From Balanoglossus misakiensis (taxonomy: Eukaryota; Animalia; Hemichordata), in NCBI GenBank assembly GCA_040954595.2, contig CM082584.2, forward strand, positions 1,040,281-1,104,280: 64,000 nucleotides of DNA, given 5' to 3'. Position 1 is the first letter of the stretch, and each line of letters opens with the position of its first letter. Of the stretch, positions 13,768 to 22,253 are shown piece after piece. The notes under the pieces are model-generated. The model saw only the letters and a list, made by a program, of their open reading frames with translations, did no database searches and was not told the DNA's origin. Position numbers and translations under genes: made by a program.

Positions 13768-14343
13768 ATTTTGCTTCAAAGATGATCTGTATTTTGATTA
13801 TGGCGCCACAGACACCGGTAACAGGTAGCGTATAGACGCCGTGACCATGGTGACATTGAGTCAATTTACGTCAATCACAATCACGAACTCTACCGAAAGT
13901 GTAATTACGTAGCCACACGCTAAATTCCGAAGCCACACCAACACTACAAAACGATCGTACATACAGCAAATTACCCCAGAAATTTGTTATTTACGTTGTG
14001 AAAATTGATTTAATTTTAAATCAAGCGCAAAAAAATACACATCATAATCATGCTCACCTACAGATCGCACGGCTACCGTGAAAAAAATCGCCACTAACGC
14101 AACCACAAAATCACACTTTGAGGCGATTGCAGTACATCCGGAAGCCAGCAAAATATCAGTGAGGTTGTTCGGACATCTTCGGAAACCAATTATACTTAGC
14201 AAATGTCACGATTATGTCCATATTAGGTAGTTACCCCGCCCAGAACTTGCTTCGATCGATCGGCGGCAATTCTCAAAAAACATGTGATTGAAATCCCGCC
14301 GCGAGTTCTCCCTATACACGAGATCTCGTGCGTTTGACATTGT

Positions 14344-14395
14344 TATTTCTTTACTCCAACTAGAATTCGCCTTACGTACGATATTAACAGCCGTG
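14344..14395 (-). repeat. Right-hand (5'-end) bipartite TIR: CACGGCT + 20-bp spacer + GAATTCTAGTTGGAGTAAAGAAATA
   Basis: The reverse complement of 14344-14395 reads CACGGCT GTTAATATCGTACGTAAGGC GAATTCTAGTTGGAGTAAAGAAATA. Confidence 0.92.
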
Positions 14396-14606
14396 CAGAC
14401 CGCATTACACGTAGAAATAAATTCTGTACGTCACAGTTCGTAGGTCGCATAGGTCATGGAGTTAATCCATTATACATTGCGGCTTACAATTTCTCGTGAC
14501 CCTCTTATCATGCAGCTTGTGTGTTACTGACCACTGACGCATGTCAAAACACTCAATATTTTTTTTAAATTTGCAAAATCTTTCATTTTAAAGTTGTGAT
14601 ACTCAC

Positions 14607-14757
14607 TGCAGATAGCATTCTTTTCAGTAGGAACTATTTCTGCTGCCATTTCAATATTGTCTTTATTCCATGTAAATATATTTCCTCCAATTGAACAGTC
14701 CCCCGCCACAGCTGCAACCTCTTCTGCAGTCAGAACTTTTGACCACATGTATGTCAT
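14607..14757 (-). pseudogene. Orphan exon fragment resembling the C-terminus of a pentraxin/LamG-like domain
   Basis: YMWSKVLTAEEVAAVAGDCSIGGNIFTW fits the pentraxin pattern (MW..VL...EI......C...GN...W). It ends at a GTGAGT donor, and no other exons were found. Confidence 0.5.
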
Positions 14758-15450
14758 TTAGTCAAGACAATTTGGGAGAACTGTAGTTTAAAGCCTCCAA
14801 AGCTGCCACTTTTAGCATTATTTTCATGATTTTATTTTCCAACTTAAATTGGTTCATCAAAATAAGCTTACTGATAGGTATACATAAACATCTTATCGAT
14901 GCCCGATTGTGACTGCATGTTGCAATTGGAACATGCTATGTATTAAAACGGTGCCTCACCGATTTAATCAGCCTTCATACAAACAATAGCAGCTAAGCAG
15001 CTATCGTGAAATGCGACGCCAAGTTATGACAAACCAATGCAAATGCAAGTAATATGGCTCAATGGTCACGGGTGAAGATTTTAGGGAATAGGGAATATAC
15101 ATATGAAGTATTGTACTCTGGAAAAAAATATGCCAATTTTAGCAGCTATAGGGTTTTTAAAGCGCGGGCGAAGTATGAACAGATGCAGTAAATATCGATA
15201 CATTGTATTTTGGAGGTTTCTCATAACCATGATTGGTTGGCTAATTATGCGGCGTTTTCTAAATAAAAGGAACAATATTAATTTATTGTTGGGGCTCATC
15301 TCTGTTAACATCTTGCCGTCTCTGCTGAGTGTTGGCCTCTTCCAGCGGCACGTGTTTGTCCTTTAGGGCATGCTGTAAAATATTTAGAATAGCGCTGCCA
15401 TTTGATCAAAGGATAAGCTGGCTTCGCGTGTTAGGGATGTGTGTCTTACG

Positions 15451-16184
15451 TGTGACGATATTCTGTGATATAGCATAATTGTATGTACTTGTAATTGTCT
15501 CTCTAGAGTTTACGCCCTCGGTGGTGAGATTTAGTATATTGAATACGTGTGTTTTAGTAGCTTGGGGAGTCTTGAGGACCACCTGGTCTGACTACTTCCT
15601 AGGGGATTTGATAGGATGGCAGCCATAGCGTTTGACGTGTATGATTTTGGATCCATAGACATCCTCCAACCATGTGAGTTTTGACTATCACTTTTCATCT
15701 CAACCTGTGGTATATTTTAATAACCCAGCACACTACACTGAATTGATGTCGAGATGTTCTGAAATTGGGCGTTTAGCCGTACGGAACTTTGATCTGTCAA
15801 TGGACATTGCTGGTGTGGAATGAATGTGCGGTGACGTCTCGGTGTACTTTGGCAAGTGCACGAAGAGTATCTGCGTCGCGGTCAAGTCGGACAGGAGGAA
15901 GACCTGGATGAATTACCAGACTCCACATGCATGCCAACGAGGATGATGTTTGTCGGACTTTATTTATTAGATTTAAGTTAAGTTAAGATAAGTTAAGATT
16001 GTAACGGATTATTTTCATAAGTTTGACCACGTGGCGTTTTGATTGTCATGTCTGTATATGGTATTTTGATGTACGGGTAATATTTTCATGATTAGTAATT
16101 AAATCCCCAGGTGGAATATATTTTCGTAGATTTGATCGTTCGATTCGATTTGTCTAGTTCACGTATAGCCGTCGATGCGTGACA
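15451..16184 (+). repeat. 5' LTR of Gmr1-like Gypsy
   Basis: Direct repeat of 24887-25620; TGTGACG...CGTGACA. Confidence 0.96.
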
Positions 16185-16202
16185 TGGGGGCTCGTCCGGG
16201 AG
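16185..16202 (+). promoter_or_regulatory. Primer-binding site, tRNA-Pro
   Basis: TGGGGGCTCGTCCGGGAG, 17/18 to the canonical Pro PBS TGGGGGCTCGTCCGGGAT, immediately after the LTR. Confidence 0.9.
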
Positions 16203-16276
16203 TTTTAACCGTAGTATTAGTTACGTAGTATAGATTGTGGTATAGATTTATTTTTGAGTATAAATATAGAAGAAAC

Positions 16277-17758
16277 ATGGATATCGCAGAATTTATTGAG
16301 TCACCATCCCTTGCCGGATTGGAAGCATGTAAAAAGGTGGATTTAATTGAGATTGCAAACAAACTTGAGCTCAGCGTGAAAACTTCCATGCGTAAAGATG
16401 AAATTAAGCGTATCATTGTTGCATTTCTGGTCGATGAGGATAAATTGCCACTAGATGCTTTAATTCAGTATCCTGAAATTGAAGAAAAGTCGACAAATGC
16501 TGATTTGCGTCTGATGGAATTAAAAATGGAATTTGAATTGAAGGAGAAATTGAAATTAAAAGAAATTGAAATGCAGGAAAAATTGAAATTAAAAGAATTC
16601 GAAATTAGAGTAAAAGAAATTGAAACTGCGGAAAAGATGAAAATAAAAGAAATGGAAATGAGAAATAATCTTGAGAGAGAGTCAATGGGTCTTCGACCAG
16701 ATGTAAGAAATGAAGAGAGTTATTTTGATTTGGGAAAACAGATACGCTTAGTACCTCAATTTAATGAGGATGATATAGATAAATATTTCCAACATTTTGA
16801 GCGTGTCGCCAATAGTTTGAAATGGCCTAAGGATAAGTGGCCTTTGTTGTTGCAAAGTGTTTTGAGAGGTAAAGCTCAAGAAGCATACTCGAATTTGTCC
16901 CCTGATGAGTATGTCGATTATGAGGCAGTTAAAACTGCTATTTTGAAAGCGTATGAGTTGGTGCCGGAGGCATATCGACAGAAATTTAGAAATTTGCAGA
17001 AGTCGAGTCGTACTCATGTTGAATTTGCCCATTTGAAAGAGGTGTATTTTGACCGATGGTGCCGTGCTAAAGATGTTGGAAACGATTTTGATAAATTGAA
17101 ACAGTTAATTTTGATTGAAGAATTTAAGAGTTGCGTGCATGATGAAATCAAAACATATTTAGATGAAAGAGATATTGAGTCATTGCATAAAGCTGCCACA
17201 ATGTCTGATGATTTTGCATTGACACATAAACTTTCTTCTTACAGAGGTAAAGACCATGGACCAGGTAGGGCAACAGCGTCAGCGACTGTCGCCAATGCTG
17301 GAGGGTATAAACCAAATTATTCAAAACCTCCCATTCAGGTAAATCGTACAAGTGGATCAAATTTTAATCATCAGAATAAATTGAGAATTGGCTCGAGCCC
17401 TCCCATATGCCATTATTGTAAGAAACCGGGGCACGTAATGTCGTCATGTCCTACGTTTCCTCAGTGTTCATATTGCCAAAAGAGGGGACACACAAGAAAT
17501 GAATGTTTGCTTTTGAAACGGGCACAGCAAAATGTAGCGTCGCCTAATGCTTTTGTGTCTGCTTGTCCAAAAGTTGTTTCGGAAGCTTTATCAAGTCGTA
17601 TTGATGAAATTAGAAAACCCGTAATTAGAAAGGAATTTCAGCCCTTTGTTACAGATGGGTTTGTGTCAGTTGTTGGGGGGAAAACCTATGCCCATTCGGA
17701 TCTTGCGGGACACAGGTGCAACCCAGTCTTTGCTGTTAGAAGGAATTTTGCCTGTTGA
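16277..17758 (+). CDS. gag: Gag of Gmr1-like Gypsy (coiled coil, capsid/SCAN-like region, two CCHC knuckles)
   Basis: LVPQFNEDDIDKYFQHFER..W...W..LLQ; AYELVPEAYRQKFR; CHYCKKPGHVMSSC; CSYCQKRGHTRNEC. The homologous frame probably shifts to pol at the G6A4 run near 17675-17685. Confidence 0.9.
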   Translation: MDIAEFIESPSLAGLEACKKVDLIEIANKLELSVKTSMRKDEIKRIIVAFLVDEDKLPLDALIQYPEIEEKSTNADLRLMELKMEFELKEKLKLKEIEMQEKLKLKEFEIRVKEIETAEKMKIKEMEMRNNLERESMGLRPDVRNEESYFDLGKQIRLVPQFNEDDIDKYFQHFERVANSLKWPKDKWPLLLQSVLRGKAQEAYSNLSPDEYVDYEAVKTAILKAYELVPEAYRQKFRNLQKSSRTHVEFAHLKEVYFDRWCRAKDVGNDFDKLKQLILIEEFKSCVHDEIKTYLDERDIESLHKAATMSDDFALTHKLSSYRGKDHGPGRATASATVANAGGYKPNYSKPPIQVNRTSGSNFNHQNKLRIGSSPPICHYCKKPGHVMSSCPTFPQCSYCQKRGHTRNECLLLKRAQQNVASPNAFVSACPKVVSEALSSRIDEIRKPVIRKEFQPFVTDGFVSVVGGKTYAHSDLAGHRCNPVFAVRRNFAC

Positions 17759-18578
17759 TTCTGGGACGGATACTGGGGAGCAAGTTATTATACAAGGTAT
17801 TGAGGGAAATTTCCTTACGGTACCTCTTCATCGAGTAGTCCTTGATTCAAGTTTGGTGTCTGGTCCTGTAGTGGTGGGGATTCGACCGTCATTGCCGATT
17901 AAAGGTATATCTTTGTTGCTAGGCAATGATTTGGCCGGAGGTCGGGTCATTGCTGATCCTAAAGTGGTGTTTGGTCCAGTTACGTCTGCCGAAACCGAAA
18001 AGCTGGAGAATGACATTCCCGGTATTTTTCCTGCTTGTGCCGTAACACGTTCTCAGGTCAAGCACATGAACAAAGAAGCGCATAATTTAGAATCGATGTC
18101 TGATGATCTTGATTTGTCTGAGACTTTTATGGGAAAGTTGATTTCGAATGTTGTAGACGATGAAAGTTTATTGAAAGTTGATGATAATGTTTCGAAAACG
18201 TCAGTCGATAAAGTTGATTCGAAAATGTCGCTGTCTCGTGAGAAATTGATATCAGAACAGAGTAAAGATTCCGATCTTGCTCCACTGTTTGAAGTGGTTT
18301 TGTCTGTCGATGAGTTGAAAAAGGTTCCAAGGGGTTACTTTGTGAATCAGGGAGTACTGATGAGAAAATGGCGTCCTCCCACTGAGCCTGCGTCGAATGA
18401 ATGGTCGGTATTGTACCAAATTGTTGTTCCTGAAAGTTATCGATCTCAGATTTTGGGATTGGCCCATGAGGGTCCAATGGGTGGACACTTGGGTGTTTCC
18501 AAGACTATGTGGAAAATTACTCGACATTTCTATTGGCCAAAAATTAGAAAGAGCGTTGCTGATTATTGCAGAAATTGT
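17680..18578 (+). pseudogene. pol: Pol part 1: aspartic protease and integrase Zn-binding N-terminus, cut by nested insertion
   Basis: ILRDTGATQSLL protease motif; LAHE..MGGHLGV.KT...F.WP...V..YCRNC, continuing as HVCQ at 22258. Confidence 0.9.
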
Positions 18579-18920
18579 TGAAACGTCTACACACAACTGT
18601 ATTTCAATGGACTCTTTATTCACATCAGACCATGCTCGACATCTACAATCACACACCAAAAACAAGATGGCGTTCCCTCTCCAAAACGAGGCTACCCACC
18701 TCCCACCTCTTGACACAGAGGGCGCCATTCACAAAAGTACTCAAATGTCTCATAACTTCCCCCCCTTCCCTGCACATGTCCACATGTGACAAGAATAAAT
18801 TCAAGAGTCCAAGTGTTCCATGCCTGTTGCAAATAATTAAATAAAATAAATAAATAAATAATGTTTAACAATCAATGCATTTTTTTCATACACAGTAGTC
18901 GACAGTCAACAAAGACAGTT

Positions 18921-20122
18921 TTAGTCCGATATCTGTTCCGTGAGTACATAATCCTGCAACCGACGTGGAATACGGCGCACTCTGGTAGAACGACGCAAAT
19001 TAGATTCTGCACCATGGTTGCCATCAGTCTGCTGGCTCCCTGACCCTGCAGCATCCATCCCTTCATTTCCAGTCGGCTCCATTTCCGTCTGACGGTCTGG
19101 TACCACACTCCCCTGGGTGGGTAACACACTCCCCTGGGTTGGTATATTTCCTATACGTGAACTTCCCAAAAGATCCCCATCCTCAGAATCGGAATCGGAA
19201 TCACTACTATCGGCAACTGACGGTTGGTCATTACCATTAGTTGACACCTCTGGATCTCGCAAAGGCGAACCAGCATCAATTGTCTGCTCACTCGTCTTAC
19301 TGTATAAATGTCCTGGCCTCTCTCTGTATGGACGAAGTTGATCATGATGTATCACTTTCCTTCTCCGCCCCCCCCCCCCCCCCCCTGGCTTATCCTGTAC
19401 AACACATCGCTGATTACCTTGACGACGATGTAAGGACCATTCCATCGGGCACTGAGTTTAGGTGAACGTCCCTTCCTTCTGGCATTGTTAGCAACCATAA
19501 CTTTGTCACCAACATTGTATTTACAGAATCGGCTGTTTATCTTTGACTTCTCACAACGTCTGTCTCTCAATTTAGCCAGTCTATCATACACCAGTTTTCT
19601 GGCCTTGGTGAGTTTGTCAAAATGATCTTTGACCCTGTCCCGGGCTGTACACAAACCTCTTGAATTGACTGTGTCTGTGGGTACTGGCTGCAATGCAGTT
19701 CTAACCTCCTGACCGTACAGTAAGAAATACGGTGTATGCCCGGTAGCATCATGTTCACTCGTGTTATAGGTGTGGATGACTTTTGGTAGATGGTCATCCC
19801 AATTGTCTTGACACTCGTTAACATAGTTCTTTAACATGTCAGCCAAAGTAAGGTTGAAATGTTCTGTTTGTCCATTTCCAGATGGGTGGTAACTTGATGT
19901 TCTTGTTTTTGATGTGTTGAACATTCTGCACACCTCAGACAGGAGATTACTTTCGAAATTTCGTCCCTGATCACTGTGTAATGTCTCTGGTGGACCAAAC
20001 AACAAACACCAATCATTGATGAATATTTCTGCTATGGTAGAACTTTCTTGATTGGGTACTGCTTTAGCTACAACAAATTTACTAAAGCCATCATTTATGG
20101 TTACAATGTAGCGATTTCCTTT
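18921..20122 (-). pseudogene. N-terminally truncated integrase of the nested element, frameshifted at a poly-G run (~19367-19385)
   Basis: GNRYIVTINDGFSKF..FGPPETLHSDQGRNFES..YHPSGNGQTEHFN..TGHTPYFLLYG..WNGPY; C-terminal LRRSTRVRRIPRRLQDY. Confidence 0.88.
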
Positions 20123-20232
20123 GGGAAGGGGGGGAAGTTATGAGACATTTGAGTACTTTTGTGAATGGCGCCCTCTGTGTCAAGAGGTGGGAGGTGGGTA
20201 GCCTCGTTTTGGAGAGGGAACGCCATCTTGTT

Positions 20233-20865
20233 ATTTACAGGTTTGCTGAGGTAAGTATTAGGTTGTGTCAGTCCTTTGAAAGTCACATTTTTCTTTACAA
20301 AATCAACTTCCATGCTTCCCAGTTTTTCCATAACATCCGTTCCCATCAAGAATTCATTGCGCATGAGCTTTGGAGACATTACATACACCCATGTTGGACC
20401 AATGACAAAATTTTGAACAGTAAGATCGACTTGCACCTGGCCATCAAAGCATACGGGTGTACCATTAACTGCTTCTGGCTGAATATTCACAGGATACAGT
20501 GGCAACCCGTTTATGGCTGGTAGATCACTTCTGACTATGGTAATTTGTGAACCACTATCTACGAATATGGGCGTCTCAACTCCATTTATCATACCCGTAG
20601 TCCTATATTGGTCGCCGCATGTGCGTGAAGTCATTGTGGTTAATATTTGGGGTGAGAGTTCATCGTTGTTCATTTGTTGTTCGGTAACAGTTTGTTGACT
20701 ATGATACTGATTCTGGTCATGTGGCAATCCCCAGGCTCTAAGGCCCCGGACAGGCAGTTCCGGGGTCCCCCGAACATTGCCACTCACCAGATCATCAGTA
20801 CACAGACCATCCATGGCCGTCTTCTCAACAGAGGTCAAGGGCTGGCCAGCGCCCCGACCTCCCAC
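20233..20865 (-). pseudogene. Protease portion of nested pol (-1 frame relative to gag), truncated before RT
   Basis: INGVETPIFVDSGSQITIV..FLMGTDVM. Confidence 0.85.
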
Positions 20866-22058
20866 TAGTTTGGGTAAAATTCAGGACAATTGGCTGCCTT
20901 ATGTCCGTAACGATGACACTTGAAACACTGGAACCGATTAGGACAGTTTCTTCTAAAATGGCCGAACCGTCCACATTCAAAACACTTACCAGTTGTCTGT
21001 GCAGGCCTTGTTGATGAGCGACTGGTTCTACCACGACCTCTTTGTTGGTTGCTCTGGTTTCCGTACACCCGATTAACTTGCGCATCAACCATTGCTGAAA
21101 TTGTTGGCTCTAAGCTTGAAATTGCAGATTCAACAGCCTCGCGTACCACACTACTTACGGTTGTATCGACCTCCCCTACTTGCATGACGTTGTCAACAGA
21201 AATAGTGTTCTCCTTTGTCTGATATTTTTGCCAGTTCGTGGCAAACAGAAATGAAGAGAGATGAATTGTCAGCACAGCGGGAATTTCATTGCACAGATTA
21301 CGGTCGCTGCATCTCCTTTCAAACATATATTCCGATTCTGAGGATGGGGATCTTTTGGGAAGTTCACGTATAGGAAATATACCAACCCAGGGGAGTGTGT
21401 TACCCACCCAGGGGAGTGTGGTACCAGACCGTCAGACGGAAATGGAGCCGACTGGAAATGAAGGGATGGATGCTGCAGGGTCAGGGAGCCAGCAGACTGA
21501 TGGCAACCATGGTGCAGAATCTAATTTGCGTCGTTCTACCAGAGTGCGCCGTATTCCACGTCGGTTGCAGTTCGTGGCAAAATCCACGACCTCACTTAAC
21601 TCCGCTTCGGCAACTTTGTAGTGTAAGGCAACAGATAACTGGTCGCCCAATTCCCTAGGAAGACCGACGATAAACTGACCTTTGATAATTGAGTCTAATC
21701 CGCTACCAACGCATTTGGGAAATCCTTCAATTGCAAGCTTTCTTAGGGAACGCACGAACTTCCCAATGCTCTCCCCGGATTCCAGTTTACGGCAATGAAA
21801 TTCCCGCTGTGCTGACAATTCATCTCTCTTCAATCCAAAATGTTTTCTCAACTCTACCTTTATCTTATCTATGTCCTTTTTGTCATCTACCGACAGCAAT
21901 TGGATTACGGTCGCTGCATCTCCTTTCAAACACGTGCGTATTATTGCTGCAGCTTTGTTCTCTTTACCTTCTGCCTCAATGATAGCATCGAATCTATCCA
22001 ACCAAGGTTCCAGTTCTCCTCTCTCCTCCCCGGTGAAATATTCTACTTTTTTGGCCAT
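20865..22058 (-). pseudogene. gag: Gag of nested element, interrupted by a 322-bp mosaic insertion (21246-21567)
   Basis: MAKKVEYFTGE..WLDRFD..ESIGKFVRSLRKLA..QFIVGLP. Removing the insertion and one 14-bp duplicate rejoins VVDFATN-WQKYQ..., leading to CFECGRFGHFRRNC and CFKCHRYGHKAANC knuckles. Confidence 0.88.
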
Positions 22059-22253
22059 CGTTTACACCGCTGCCACCATTGAAACGTCTACACACAACTG
22101 TATTTCAATGGACTCTTTATTCACATCAGACCATGCTCGACATCTACAATCACACACCAAAAACAAGATGGCGTTCCCTCTCCAAAACGAGGCTACCCAC
22201 CTCCCACCTCTTGACACAGAGGGCGCCATTCACAAAAGTACTCAAATGTCTCA

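Larger units (their letters stand above)
6925..14395 (-). mobile_element. Full-length RAG1-like DNA transposon (Chapaev / N-RAG-TP type), 7471 bp
   Basis: 5'-CAC...GTG-3' termini, TSD CAGA at 6921-6924 and 14396-14399, a 25-bp identical inverted box at both ends, and an internal multi-exon DDE transposase. A 4-bp TSD, CAC/GTG ends, Chapa finger plus RING and D-x69-D spacing match the Chapaev definition as I recall it. Confidence 0.93.
18579..22253 (-). mobile_element. Nested non-autonomous Gypsy element (gag-PR-[RT/RH deleted]-INT) in opposite orientation
   Basis: 174-bp apparently identical LTRs at 18579-18752 and 22080-22253. TSD TTGT at 18575-18578 and 22254-22257. PBS TGGTGGCAGCGGT (tRNA-Leu-like) at 22078-22066; PPT GGGAAGGGGGGGAAG at 18770-18756. 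Confidence 0.93.

Noticed and set aside
15103-15450. Hydrophobic ORF continuing past the Gypsy into 25621-25960, as a possible disrupted host gene
   Set aside because: Stops in all frames and no identifiable family.
21871-22253. N-terminal part of the 945-aa ORF as genuine Pol sequence
   Set aside because: It is antisense gag plus LTR of the nested element, read through by chance.
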